Shown here: in pieces, positions 12,382-26,453 of the stretch | How positions within the stretch are numbered: position 1 is the first letter of the stretch | Layout: the number at the start of each line of letters is the position of its first letter | Origin: Marsupella aquatica | Taxonomy: Eukaryota > Plantae > Marchantiophyta | Assembly: GCA_973895155.1 (NCBI GenBank) | Contig: OZ316896.1 | Coordinates: 15,312,476 to 15,376,475 of the forward strand | DNA: 64,000 bases | Direction of reading: 5' to 3' | Program-made: the position numbers and the translations under genes | Notes under the pieces: generated by a model | The model's database searches: none | Told to the model about the DNA's origin: nothing | The model's input: the letters and a program-made list of their open reading frames with translations, nothing else

Positions 12382-13740
12382 CTAGCTCAATACCTGTGCG
12401 TTGCACAAAAGAAGTCGTGTCGGCCAAGATGTCGTTGAGAAAAAATGATGTCATGTTAGCCAAGAGGTCGTGGAGAGAAAAGATGTTGTGTTGGCCAAGA
12501 GGTCTTGGAGAGAAAAAAATGTTGTGTCGCCCAAGAGGTCGTTGAGAGAAAAGATGTCGTGTCGCCCAAGAGGTTGTTGAGAGAAAAGAAGTCATGTTGG
12601 CCAAGATGTCGTTGAGAAAAAAAGACGTGTCGGCCAAGAGGTCGTGAAGAGAAATTATGTCGAGTCGCCCTAAAGGTCATTCATTGAGAGAAAAGAAGTC
12701 GTTGAGAAAAAAAGATATCTTGTCAGCCAAGAGGTCTTTGAGAAAAAGATGTCGTCTTGGCCAAGAAGTCATTGAGAAAAAAGATGTCGTGTCGGCCAAG
12801 ATGTCGTTAAAAAAATTGTCATGTCGGCCAAGATGTTGTTGAGAAAAAAGATGTCGTGTCGGCAAAGACATCGTTGAGGGAAAAGATGTCGTGTCGGCCA
12901 AGACATCGTTTAGGAAAATACCCTTGTGTCGCACAAAAGATGTTGTTAAGAAAAAGATTGTTCCTTTCAAACCTCAACCTCCCCCTTTTCCCCTTTTCCT
13001 ATTTTTGGTCTTCTCTTTTTCACATTCACCATCACTCCACTCGTTCATCGCCCCCCTTCCCCACCCATGTGAGATCGAGGGGCTACCCTACATTGCAAGT
13101 GTGCCCCTCGCCTGAGACCTTGCCATCAACACCCATGCCATGCGCTTCACTATGTCTTTGGGCCTTATTACTTTTGTTTTTTTGGCATTAAAAATGACAC
13201 TGCAAATGACTGTAAAAATCACCACAAATATTGGGAGAACAGTTTTTTTATTGATGTAGTGACTAAAATGTTATTAGTAATTAAATTACTTTTATGGACT
13301 CTTATCATTATTATACAAAATTATGATGCACACAATATTAAAATATGTACAATGAATATGTACAATATAAATTTGCATGTGAATATGTACAATATTTACT
13401 TGCATGGATGTATAGTCCTTGATCCTTGTGCATTGATCCTTGTGTTAAAGTCTTTCACTTCTTTTTTTGTGTGCCTCGTGTGAGTCGGCACTGGTGCAAC
13501 TTTTTGTGATTCACACTAAACTCAATTCACACTAACTCAATTCACACTTTGACTTTATTGCTTACCTTTGACCAGATTTTTTAATTTTTGTGCCTTGCAA
13601 ATCTGAATGACAACCACTTTTTCTTTTTGACTCACACTAAACTCAATTCACACTTTGACCAGATTTTTTAATTTTTGTGCCTTGCAAATTTGAATGACAA
13701 CCACTCTAAAAAGTGGCGCAACTTTGGCTGGCGATAGTGA
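12382..13740 (-). mobile_element. Non-autonomous Helitron
   Basis: The minus strand ends GTGCAACGCACAGGTATTGAGCTAG|T (hairpin + CTAG). It has an internal AAGATGTCGT minisatellite (12400-12960), and its 5' region GTGGTTGTCATTCAAATTTG is shared with the copies at 24.87 and 39.25 kb. 5' boundary approximate. Confidence 0.8.
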
Positions 13741-14158
13741 AAAGTTCCTTATACATTTTATTCTATTGTTTCCATCTTTCTACACTAGCTGAAGTCTAGA
13801 TCATCTTCAATTCCGGATTTTCTTCCATTAAGTAGCTTGGCTGGTTTCGCACATTCATTTAATACCAACGTGCGTGACTTCATATTATCAACAAGCATCA
13901 AAATACGAGTGGAGTGGTACAGCTGCGAGTCATCGTTTGCAAGAAAGTTTTATTTATGTTAATTGGTGTCAACCGAAGCCACACCGCCAACTCCTAATAA
14001 GGATATCAACGTGAAACCCAAGAGAGCCTACAACAACTGCAGACAAGGCATCACTCATCAATTTGCTCTTCTCTCATTAGAAGTCAGAAAAAATCTGGAA
14101 CAGCTCGAGAGCATCCTACACAATTTTCAATAATTTACAAATTTCAGACACAAGACTT

Positions 14159-17100
14159 TCACTGTCCAGTGCATGCTGATTCCAACTTCGACCGAAGAGA
14201 TTGTCCTTGCAGCTCTGCCGTGGCAAGGAGTAACTCGGTGATCTCTATTCCCATCAGAGATACTAAATCATTAACATGGGTGCCTTCTACTTCGCCATTG
14301 TTCCTTTCGAATATTTCCTCTGAGGAAGATTCCATGCAGGAGCTCCCAGGGCTACGTTCTAGTGGCCCTTGAAAACTCACAGGGAGTGCACATCCAAGAG
14401 TAAGTGACAGTTGCTTGGCCTCGGATTTCACAGACTCCACAGCTTCAATGGCAGATTGAATTGCAGGCTGTGTGAACTCTCCTTGTGATTCACTTGCAAC
14501 CTGCAGTTCAATCGATCACTTAGGAAGCTTTCTTTAAGGATCACTTTTTAATGGGAAGTCACCTACTCAAGCAATGCACAGTTCCAACAAGACTCACCTT
14601 GACTAGTATCATGCGGAGGCGGTGTGCTGACTGGGCAAGACGGTCCATACTTGCTACACGTTCTTGAAAAGCTGCATCCTCAACTGGTGGTCTTCAAAGA
14701 AAACAATCCGGAATTGCGGAGGTAACATCAGCAACGACAACCGGAACAGTTGTGCACAATAATTTTGTCCTTCTAGAGTACTCATCAACAGAGCAGCTTC
14801 AAAGGAGACTTCAAATACCTGAATACACTATTAACACCATCAATTGTAATGGTATGGGTGACATCGGCAATACTACTATTGCTAGGTGTGACACTTGAGG
14901 TAGGCTTGAATGCTGATATATCCAGACCCCGCAACCAACCCTTGAGGTATCCTCCACCAGCTATCAACCGTTGTTTCGCCCCAACCACTGGTTTGTCCTC
15001 TAGTGCTGGAACAATACTAGTATCTCCAGCCAAAGATGAGACCTTGGTTTCGATTTGGCTTCCACGCTCAAGTTCCCCACCTGGATATGTGATTTTTTGT
15101 TGTTCTAGCCATTGAGTAAGTTCCCTGCAGATATGCGTGAAATTTGTAACGAACCTAGAATTTGCTATTGAAGATCGTTTAGTCCCCTATCTCAGCCCCC
15201 CCCTAAATGCCCTGCAACGAAGCCTGTGAATAACTGCGCTGAAATTCTACGATGACACCTACATGCCTTCATGTAGCAAATGGTAAAAATTAAACCTTTC
15301 CCGCCCTATAAGTAGTTGAAGCTGATGCCTCTCCTCGGCCAACTCCAGAAGTGCTTTCACCTTTTCCCCAGTTACCTGCATTGTGAGAATATAGCACACG
15401 TGTTCACTGTGTTGAATTACTTCAGACTTGACAGAAAAACAGACCAGCCTGGCCATTACATGACAGACACTTATTTGCTCCAACCTAGGATCTTGGAGTA
15501 CATAGCTTCAGTTCTTCTACTTTGAATACCAACTTCAAAGTTCATCTAACCCTGCACTGCTACTCCAATTTGCTTTTGACCTGTTAGCTACGTGTTGCTA
15601 AAGTCAAGCCTCTACAAAAAAGTCTCTTCTGAGAAAACATCACCAAAGGTCTCTGGCATCATCATAATCACCTGCGTGAGCTTTTGATTTAGTTCCGTCA
15701 CTTGGGACTCGAGGGCTGACTGTGTTAAAACCTCAAGGTAATATCTCTCCTCTTGCTGAGAAAGAAGAAGCAAGGCTTCTACCTGGAAACCAATGCATGT
15801 GAGACGATCTTTAATGTAGCCACAGACAAGTAAGAAAATCCAGATTCTGACCTGAATTACGGGAGTATTTCTCAAAGCGAACTGTGGTGTAGCTGTGAGG
15901 GGCTTCTGTACATTTTCGAAACTAAGACCAGCATTTTGAGCTATAGACACTCTTTCAGGAGCTGACTACGGGTCAGATGATCGCTCAAGGGTCCTAAGTA
16001 CAACAAATAACGAACTAATCTTTCTGAGATATTACTCTCATTCTCTGTTTTGGAATGTTGTTGAATTGTGCAAAGGCTCCCCAGATTTAAGCAGTACGAC
16101 GGTTGATGGAGCTTGAAGATCAGATCTACCTTTTCCTGCAAAGCTTGTGCAAGTATCTTCCTGCTGTCATCCTCTACAACACTAGACCCACCGTTCTCAT
16201 TTTGCTCCTAATGTTCAAGCCAACAATAACACAATTAACCAAGATAGAGATTTATTGTCACACTAGACGTGTTGCAATCCCCACTTGCGTAGAAGAGAAA
16301 GATAAAGATCAATCTTAGCACAGTTCACGCCTTACGCTTCAGAAAAACCTAACACTAGGGTGTATAACTAGAAGTATGCACCAATGGGAGGTTATTTCTT
16401 CCCATGTTCTTTAAGATTCTCACCAGCAAAGCGAAAACAGGCACGCGGCGATCAAGTCATAGACCATACCTTGCTGATCCCAGCATCTTGACGTGCTGCT
16501 TCATCCTCCACGAGGACCTTCAAGCTCTTCGGATTCCGTGCTATGTCTTTTGTGACTGAATCATGTGTTCTTTCTGAATTGGGCGTTGTGTTCTGTTGTA
16601 GTACCTTCGCTTTCACTTTCTCTACCAACGTTTGCACACTTTCCTCCACAAGAGAAACCTGTCTCTTCTCAGCTTCTAGAAGCGAAGAAACCAATGTTCT
16701 TAGCGAAACTTGCTGCGCTTGCAACTGGTGCACCTCCCTGGCAAGAATATATTGTTTCAATGCCTGCCAGATTCAAACTGCATCAATGACTAAAGAAGCT
16801 AGAAGAAGACGTTTAAGGTCAGAGTGCTAAGGCCAAGTCGTCCTCAGAGAACTGAATGACGTTTTGTCTTTACAAGTAGAGCTCTTGGAATCTCCTAAAG
16901 GATACAGGCAAGGGGTATTCTGTGATGAGGGATGTATCTAGGAGGCCCAGTCCTACACAGAATGTCTCATCCCTGAAATGTTCATTCACAAAGTGGTCAA
17001 CATGGATCTTTGAGCCATCAAAATCAGTGACCTACCAGCTGATCTGAAATTATTGCAATCTTTTCCTCTGCGTCCATTCTGGCAACCCGCTCCTGTGATA

Positions 17101-20100
17101 CCAAAGAAAGCAATTTGACAGTATATCGTGAGACGATCGCCTCCTATCGTGGGATAGATCCCCAGGCCCATACTCTTTGTAAATAATCAGTTAACAACTT
17201 CCTCCTGTGTGCTGCATATGAAAATTTCTCTCTATACTTAAGGAATTACACACCCCTTCTAATTGGCGCTGGAAGTCCATTAACATCGCTTTTGTAAGCT
17301 CCAATTCTTCGTGGCGCTTTGTCGACTCAGACTTCACGCATACCAATTCTTGTTTCAATTTCGTTGATGCAGATTCTAATAGAGCTAAGTCATACTCAAG
17401 TCTTGTTGATGCAGACTGTTCCTGAGACAGCTGCTCCTCCAATTTGACTGATGCACTTTTTGACCTGTCTAACTCTTCCTTAGCTTGAGCCTGTCAACAA
17501 TCTTTACAAGTAAGAAACAAGGATGGTGAAACAATGCAGCTCACGAGGATGCAAATACTCCTCGGTAGAATGTGTGCCTCATAGTTTATCAACCGATTTG
17601 AGTATAAAATGAGCAATCAATAAAGAATCTGATTGAAAGGATAGATGCGTCGCTCGCTCTTGCAGCATTGTCGGGCTCAAAGTGCTGCAATCAATATTTA
17701 AAACTGATTGAGCTCCGTTTCAACGAGGATCAGGACAGACACACGCTGCAATGATCCTTTGGAAACTGTAAGGATTATAGGAAACATACCAAAGAATGCT
17801 CCAGTGCACTGCAGCGATCCTCAAAGTTTTCATCAGAAACTTGACGATAGACCCAGTTCGCATGATCGTCTTCAAGCAATATTTGCGCTTTGTCAATTGC
17901 TACTTCATTTATATCTCCGTTCTCCCTCGTGCTTCCACGGATTTGCCAAAACTTTTCGACTACCTGGACATTGCTCAAAATAACCAATTCTTCAGAGATA
18001 ACACGGTATCGAGGTCTAGCCAGGTAAAAGGTTCGGTCATACACTTAGGACTTAAATGTCCTCCTCATCTTACAGGAAAAACGTTAGAGTGGTCTTAGCA
18101 GAAGTGTGGCCATGGAGACAAATCTATATAATTGTTTCTTATGGTCAAATTAAGTGAACCAAATCGATCCAATAATTATAATAGAAACCGTTCAGCAACC
18201 ATTTCCTAATCTCATAACTGTAAATCAACCAGAAATCCCAATGTTTCAACTCAGAAAAAGTACGGGTGGCGAAGACACAAATCGGAGAATTGTTCGACAA
18301 CGACAACAAGTTTGTGGACCAGCGTACATTTTGTACTCGTTTCAGCTCTACAATGGAGACTTCCATGCTTTGCTGGAGTTCGTTGAAACTTTTCTCCTGT
18401 TCAAAACACTGTGCCTTGGTCTCCTCCAGTCTGGAATAGAAGCCACAGGTTAGTTCAACTTTAAAATCTTCAAGTAGTTTGCCAGGCAAAAAATCATTAC
18501 AAGAGGATCAGAGAAAAATTTCTGCACATTAGCCAGACCTGTTGTGAAGCTCCCTCAGGTCCTTGGTCATTGCCTTCTCAGTGACGTGTAAACTCTCAAC
18601 CTGATTCATGTCCAGAGACAAGGATGAAAAGTATTTGCAACTAAGGAACTGACGCCTAACTATGTACCTCAATTGGGAACTTATCAAACATGGACCGGCA
18701 ATAATTCCTGTAGGGTTATTATCTGGACGAGTTTGTATCTATAGAGCAAGCCAGAATTCACAATTACAACAAAAAGATGTAACGTTACTTGACTCCTTTG
18801 TTGCTACTAACCTCCAGAACCGCCTTGTCCCTCTCATTGAAAGCTGCAGCCATTCGACTTTGATAGAACTTTACTTCCTTCTCCAGCTCCTTGTTCTGTA
18901 AAACGAAGGATCAGATTGCGACATCTCAAATCCATACAATCGCTATTCAAAGGGGCGTGACAACATATTGGAAATCCCGATAATTCCATAAATGGAGGCC
19001 AATGTTTCCAAAGTTAGGGGTGTATTAAATGGGATTCAGCGTTGAGAATCTCTATCTACAAGTATTTCAAACGTCACGGTTTGAAAACCCTATCCAGTAG
19101 TCAAGTGTCGCACTAAGAGAATCTACAAAATGAGAAGCTAGATACATGTTAGAATAAACGCTTTCCAAAACTCAGGAAACCTCAGGCTCTCAAGACTATG
19201 AACTGCGATCTTCCCAGAAAATTGTAGGTTCAAGAGAAAGTCTAGTCCAGTATCCGCTCTTTGTGCTCAGCCATGACAGAATCTATCCTTGTAGGGCAGT
19301 CTCTTCTTGCAGCAGTAGGGTGTTGTGCAGGTCTGGGCCACTATACGAGTGAATGACAGTGACAAGGCCAGTGAATTAATAAATACCTTGTCCATGGCTG
19401 CCTTGTACGCATCAGCAACCCGACCCTGCAGATCAACAAACATTCCATCATATTTGCATGGTCCATCTCAAGGCGTTGATCGAACAAACGTTTCAGTTTA
19501 TATAGATTACTTGTTGGCCGAATCAGCGGTTCACATGACCCAGAATCTCAGGCTACCTTTGCTCGATAGAGTTCTGTCAGTTCTTCTTGCAGATTGAGAT
19601 TTTCCTTCGAGTGAAGAGCCAACTTCTGCTTGCATGCTTCCAACTCCTGCTCGAAACCAGCAGCCCTGGTGCAGCCTTTGAGTTGTTCCTCATTATTGCA
19701 AAAAAGGTGGTCCTCAAATCAATCGTAGATGTTTATTAAGCTTGAACAACGATAAGGAAGAAATCGTTCGGTGCGTTTACGGCTCATTAATAAAAGTCAG
19801 GAGGATTCCATGAATGTTACAGTTCAATATCAAATCTTTCAAAGCAGCCGGTGATGAACGGGTCAGAATCCATAGCTGTGATCTCCCACATGAGCCAGCA
19901 CTACTTGTATTCACCTCCATAATGGTAATATTCATCTCAAGACAGGAGGAACTTCTAATAGCTCAACTTTCTGGAGTCTGATAGTAAGCCTACACATCTG
20001 TCAATAGGTCAACTGACGAGGTCCAGAATACCACAAAGCCGAGCCGAAGTTTACTAAAATCTCTTAACCCAATTACCAAATTTGTGTTGAGTTACAACCC

Positions 20101-20487
20101 ATAGGTCAAAGGATCTTCAAGGTCATTACAAAAGCTGTTCCGTTATTTTTGTGGACTCACCTCCGTGATTGCAGGCGAGAGGCAATGTCAGAACCACCTG
20201 AGAAACCTGATTGCTGCATGCAGAGAGCTTCAATATCCCGCTGCAACTCCTCTTTTTCTGCAGGCGCAAGGGAGTCGCCTTATCTTACAACTCACTAGAC
20301 AAGGGTGACGGTCGTAGAGAGTAGAAATACAGAAACTATGCTAACCAGCGTTACACGAATAGAATAGCACCGCTACAACACGACCTGTACATGATCAGCA
20401 GCTTCATCCAGCATGATTAAGCACACCTGTCTCTAATTGCACTATGCGCCTCATCAATCCTACATTGCTGTTTGCTGTGTCCTCCAT
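14159..20487 (-). CDS. Multi-exon coiled-coil protein similar to Arabidopsis MEE13 (myosin heavy chain-related, AT2G14680 family)
   Basis: GT-AG exons read by hand: MEDTANSNVGLMRRIVQLET (20487-20427), EKEELQRDIEALCMQQSG..RLQSRR (~20258-20161), AAGFEQELEACKQKL..NLQEELTELYRAK, NKELEKEVKFYQSRMAAAFNERDKAVLE, VVEKFWQIR, VEALLLLSQQEERYYLE, VTGEKVKALLELA, YLKGWL, and a last exon ending at 14159. These match the recalled MEE13 motifs RKDIEQLCMQQ, AAAFSERDK and ALLLLSQQEER. Confidence 0.85.
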
Positions 20488-22097
20488 CACTGCCTCTCCT
20501 GTACAACACCAATTCAGGATGTCTTCCATCATCAATCGCATATAGCACTGTTACTTCAAGCAGCCTTCAGTTAAGAAAACTGGGTGCTGGTTGGGGTTGT
20601 GCCTCCACACTTTGGGCACCACCTCCATGCGCGCCGGAGGGAAGACAAAAAAAAAGAAACTCTAGATCATCCCATCTTGAAGGTAACGGTCTTTGCGGTT
20701 TGAAATATAGCTACATACTCATAATTATGTATTGCAACTCCCAAATTGTTTTATTGTCTGTTGGGTCAGTATCAGAAGTACTCACCTGCAGTAGATATGA
20801 TAAGAGTTTGCTACTGAAACTGTCACCAGGAAGTGTCTGCAATGCTTCTCCACCAAGTGGTCTCGAGGACGATATAAGCCACCCTCCAGGTGAACTCCTT
20901 TGAGTACCACGGAGCCAGGAATAAGCTGCTCATGTCAAATGCCGTAAAACCTGTGGCGCTTCAGTTACAGCGTTACAAGCTGACCCAACAGCACTCATGA
21001 CGGGTGTATTCTTCGTAGTGCCTATAAAAACAAAAACACCACCAAATGGATCACACCCAGCACCAGTGATGCAGATAGAATTTCAGAATTGCAACTGTCT
21101 TGGGTGCATAAATGCATCCCTCTTTCTGCTCTATGTCCCTCTTGCTCTTGTGCGGAAATTACAAGCGTAATATTCATCCATTTCCCTCTCCTTGATCCGT
21201 GCCGGCAGATCACATGCAATTCATTAAATTTCACTTTCAGTATCGACACATTCGTCGTCTTTCCCTCGAGATCTCATCCCCAAGACCTTCTTCACACTCA
21301 TTCTAACAGCAGAGCCCAGCACAAAGTAAGGTAGGGCAGATATCATTTCACCTCTTCACACCCTGCAGCTGTGCCAAACCTATACAAGTCGTACTAGAGG
21401 ACGTACCAGTAAACTGTCCTACAGAGGCTCCCAACTCTGTCCCCCAGATCCGAGCAGGATTCTAAATGCTTCGCACTCGTGTGCTCCATAATAATTGTTC
21501 GTGTCGGTGCACATGAAACTCTAAAAACGAGATTCAATGATCAGAAAGATGACGGATCGTTGAGGCAATCACGGAGATATATGCTCGTTGAGACAATCAC
21601 GGAGATATGATGGGACCCCTGGTCTTTATCTGATAAAACACTTGTAAAATGTTGTCACCAACTAAGACCTCTTTGACACTTTTGTTTCCAAACTTCTTGT
21701 AACACTTACTATAATGAGTTTTTGCTTGATATTGTGACCAACAACACCTACTGTGAAATTTATGGTCAAGTGTGCCTAAATCACAAACTGCACGGTCAGA
21801 ACTAGGCCCAATCTTGGATGGTCAATACACATTGGGAGAATGCAAATCGTGGTCGCCGCCCACCCAAACTGCATGACTTAAGTGAAGACAATAAGTTTAT
21901 GGTCATTCAATTTGAATTTTTACTATACCACAGTTTCCAGTAAGTCTTATTTTCAAGCTACCATAGTTTTTTCTCAATGTTCCCAATATTTTTCTTGGTT
22001 TGACTATCTGTGTGTGCCCTAGCAAAAAGTAGTTTGCATCCCACAGCATGAGGGACATGATACAACTGGGCTAGGTGCAATTGTTGTTGGTGATGTT

Positions 22098-22442
22098 TGT
22101 TAGATATTGCTCTAGTCTTGTGACTCATGAGCTAACCACAGTTAGGCTAACTCGGGTTAGGACTTAGCTAATGTTAGCGGTAGTGTTGTTGTGTATCTAG
22201 CCAAGGCTGATGCCAAACCCTAGTGGAACTTAGGCTCATTGTTACGGAGCTAGTTGAGAGATAGGGAGAGCTTGTGTTGTGGATGCTTGGTATGGCCGGT
22301 CGGCCTAGAGTGCAGTAAATCTCTTGTGTGTTCCCGTGGACGTAGTCTCAAGTGGAGGTGAACCACGTATCTCTCTGTGTCGACTCTTGTAGGTTGGATG
22401 GTTCATGGGCTTGCTGTTGCGAAATGTCGTTTATGCTTAACA
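22098..22442 (-). mobile_element. Solo LTR, family A, near-perfect TSD ATGTT/ATGTA
   Basis: TGTTAG...TTAACA termini; close reverse-complement homolog of 39454-39770. Confidence 0.88.
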
Positions 22443-24136
22443 ATGTAAAGACAGGTGGAATGTGAGGACTTGTAATGCAATCAATGTTCATCACTATTCA
22501 ATTATCAAAACATGATCTCGAGCTCACAATGTAACATCTCTTGATAATTTGTCTTACTTTATTCTAGGCAAAAACTTTAGGATGCAAAACCATCCTCTAA
22601 CTGCAATTTTTTTCTCACTCAAAATGCATTCAATTGATCAGGAAGAAAGGAAAGTCCAGATGGCATGGAAGTCCATGACAAAAATGACAATGATCGCCCC
22701 CAAAATTGATGAGACGGAAGCAACGCTACCAAACCCTAATTGATCTAAAGACATAAGGCTTTTGTTTAGCCTTGTTCACCAAAGAACAAAAGGCTGCATT
22801 ATTAAACTGTTAAGAAATTTCGTATGGGCGACCGTGACTGCCAACAGACCGTGACTGCAAACAAAATTGTACAATGATGTTGTTAGGAATTGACTCGAGT
22901 TCCCTGCTTTAGTTAGGTTGACCTTACTAGGGTTAGTTAACCCTTGATTCATTAGGGATAAGATCCACTGTGATTACACTCATCTCAGTTCCCCTTGGGA
23001 TAGAGGTTGGAGGAAGGCATTGATTCTCTCCCTCAATCTTCACATGTATTTCATATGTTATGGATCTTACGGGAGTTTCTCCACTCGTGGTGTCTGGTCG
23101 GTATATCGTTTGAGAGTGTTGCTCTCATGTTCCACATTAGCTGACTAGTGTGAGTCGACGAATTCTTACAAACATAGTTAGCTGAGACCAATTTTTTTTT
23201 GTAATTCTTGAACATCTTGTACGGCTCTTAAGAGGGGATCAAAGACCGTAGATCTTGCCCCTTTGTGAATGATTAGTCTCTTTCAAAGTAAGTCCTACAC
23301 GAGCTGGGGCTGGTTCCATGAACACCTTGGCCCCCAATTTAAAATTTCAGGTCTCATCCCGGGCCTCATTAGTATCAATGCCAGGGCTTGATGGTGCCCG
23401 CCTTGTGACACATAAAGTGCTTTGGTGCTTAGTCCATGTGATTATTTTTCAAGTGATCCCACAATATTCTCAAGGGGGCAGATGCTAAGTATAAAGTGTC
23501 AAGAACAAATTACACTTTCTTGACTGGTTGGGGTTGCCTTGAGCTGTACGGACAAAACAGACGGAGATGGTGACCCAATTGCACATAAAACTTGGACGAT
23601 CATATCTCAGCTGTTTGATGTCCGTTTCACAAACCATTTTTGCATTACAATGAGGAAGAGCAAGGCTACCCATGGCAGATTTCTCAAAAATAAACTTTGA
23701 GAAAAATTTTCTTTCGACAATTGGTGGGGCTCCCTGATTTCTTGGCAAATGGATGGTGGCAGCCAAGAGGATTGAGGCTGTTGGACATGGCGGACCGGTT
23801 AATTAGATAGCACTCTGTCCCAGTGAGAAAGGAGGGCACACTGCAAAGACAAGAGGTTGGGTGGTCTTTTGTATCAAGAGATATGATTTGGTTTTACAGT
23901 TAAAACTTGGTGTGGTATTCTTCTTTTGTGATTGATATTTTGAGGTTTCTAGTGTATTTTAATTTGTGGCTAACAAATTTCAGTACCTATTGCAACTTCT
24001 AAATTTCCCCATGGTGGGTCAACTATGTAGAAGAAGAGGGAGAATGATGACAACATTCACCCATACACCAGTAAGAGAGTGTATGTGTGGGGTAGAGTGT
24101 ATGTGTGGGGTAGTTTGCAGGACTTGATCAAAACCT

Positions 24137-24417
24137 CGGGGGGTTGACTATCAAAAATCTTAGGAATCACGTGCGATCCAAAATAGGTATTTTTCATAGA
24201 AATTAGCTAAATTTTTAAAAAGCGTAGGAAGAAAAGAAGGTATTATAGACCAATATTTACAGAATATTCTCTAATATATACCTTTTATAAAGTAAAATAG
24301 GTCATTAATATTGAAAATAGAGAATTTTTTGGAATATTCCCATTATAAAATAGGTGTGTTTATATTAGGCTAGGATCGCACGTGGTACCCCAAAATATAC
24401 ACTAAATTAACCCCCCA
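24137..24417. mobile_element. MITE-like element with imperfect terminal inverted repeats
   Basis: GGGGGGTTGA...CACGTGCGATCC on the left and GGATCGCACGTG...TTAACCCCCC on the right, with an AT-rich interior. Confidence 0.55.
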
Positions 24418-24844
24418 AGATCAAAACTATGGGGTGGACTAGTCAATAGACTTGATCAAATTTACATTACTGGGAATATAAACAAAATAATATATTCATT
24501 CCTATGTGTGAAGCAATCCAGATATCATCCCTATACGTCCCTATAATACAATACAAACAATTTTAGGGGAAACAACCACATTTGTCGTGTTTAATTGTTT
24601 AATAAACAGATGACAATGGGCCAAAGAGCTTAGAAAATATCTATAAACTAAATTATTATCACTAATAAGTATATTATAAAAATACAAAAAATTAATGAAG
24701 GGTTTTAGAGGAGGGCCCATTCACAAGGAATAAGGATCTAGCAATTTATTCAAGTTTGACTATTAATGTTTCAAGTTTATATTGTTCAACGATAGTTAGA
24801 GCTTGATGACCTCCCAACTATACTAATTGTTAAACATAATTAGA

Positions 24845-25783
24845 AACTATAATAACGGACTGCGCCTTTTTTTAAGTGGTTGTCATTCAAATTTGACAAG
24901 GCTTTTTGAGTGAAAGAAAAGTGAATTGGAAAAAGAGAAAGAAATAAGAAGAAAATAATTATGTTTGGTGTGAACACGATTCTCCAAGCAAGAAAAGTAC
25001 AAAGGATTCCCTTTTACCCTCCATGATAATCATGCATACAAAGTGCTCCTCCCTCTACCATCCATGCCATACTATGCTCCATGCCATATCATCCATGCAT
25101 AGGATAATTACAAATATTACATAATCAATAAAATAGTGCACAATCTAATAAAAAAGACGAGACAAGAAAAATAGTGAAAAAGAAGGAAAAAGAAGGGGGG
25201 GGACAGCATATTAAGGTTTAAAAAGATACAAATTACAAAAACAATTTAAAAAATCATTCTCATTTTGTTGTACTTTGGTGGTGGATGTCGCCTCTCTTTG
25301 TGTCATGACATCTTTCACTCAACATTTTTTTTTACGCAATGAGATGTTTCTAACAAAGATATCTTTTGCCCCATGATATTTTTTCAACTACATCTTTAGC
25401 ACAACGTCATCTATTACGCATGGACATCTTTTGCCAAATAATATCTTTCAATAAACTACATCTTTTGTGCAATGACATGTTTCAAGCAATCACATATTTA
25501 CTTAACGACATCTTTTATTTAACAACATGATCTTAAATGCAACAACATCTTTTGTGCAACGAAGACTTGACAGCATATATGACTAAAGACATCCTTTTAC
25601 TTATGGACCATTTTAATTGTACTTAACAACATCTTGGGTGTAACTACATCTTGTTTTAAACGATATCTTTCGCGACATGAAATATTTTCTCTTAACTACA
25701 TCTTTGGCGACACGGCATATTTTCTTTTAACTACATCTTGGGCGTCACGGCATCTTTTGTGCAACGCACGGGTATTGAGCTAG
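24845..25783 (+). mobile_element. Non-autonomous Helitron
   Basis: Canonical 3' end GTGCAACGCACGGGTATTGAGCTAG|T (CTAG at 25780-25783), ACATCTTT internal repeats, collinear with 39225-40482. 5' boundary approximate. Confidence 0.85.
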
Positions 25784-26155
25784 TTGGTAATAATTTTATG
25801 AAAGCTAAATGTAGGCTAAGTAGGATGGACGAGGCTTGAGTTTAGGGTTACCCATTAGTTTAATTTAATTTGTAAAATTGGAAATTTTTGTTTGTTATTT
25901 GCATTGCATAAAAGCTCAGACATTCATGATTCTCTGTGGGGTTGAGATGGTTTGTTTTAGGGTCACTAGTCAAATTTCTCTTTGTGACCCCCCTTTTGTG
26001 ATTGACTTGTGATCTCTACCTTTAATTCAGTTTGTTGTTTGGTCTGGCTTCCCTGTTTTGCGGTCGTTGGATTTTGGGGTTGGGGCTTGGTTTTTTTTGG
26101 TCTACCTGGGTTTATCCTTGGTTTATCTTCTTGATTAGATCTCTTGCCTTCAAGA

Positions 26156-26374
26156 TCATGGCACAGAGAGGGGACGTGAGGCGTAGTTGTGATAAGCATG
26201 TTGACAGGATGGAATTAACAAAACCCTTGCATCTCCCGTCTCATGACAATAATTCACCACCTTTGTCCTGAATTCTTCATGAAATATTTGCATGAAGTTC
26301 TTATCCACAAGCCCCTGCTTGATCAAAGGGTGCTCTGAATCTACAAATGGACCCATCAATACAAGAACACTTCC
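26156..26374 (-). pseudogene. DNA polymerase alpha subunit B (POLA2) fragment
   Basis: VLVLMGPFVDSEHPLIKQGLVDKNFMQIF...ARVLLIPSCQHAYHNY resembles the plant POLA2 segment LLGPFVDSEHPEIKKG..SF.EIF...RVVLVPSIRDANHD. No other POLA2 parts are nearby. Confidence 0.75.
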
Positions 26375-26453
26375 TACAGGTTATCTTCCATTTGTTTGCC
26401 AGGAATGAAGAGAGCCTTCCTAGAATGAGTCCAGGGATTTTAATATTGGATGA

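Noticed and set aside
12279-13191. Multiple overlapping ORFs in the Helitron minisatellite, and similar ones at 37.6-38.4 kb
   Set aside because: Artefacts of tandem repeats lacking stop codons.
22881-23214. TGTTAGG...GAACA segment as another solo LTR
   Set aside because: No TSD and no second copy in the window.
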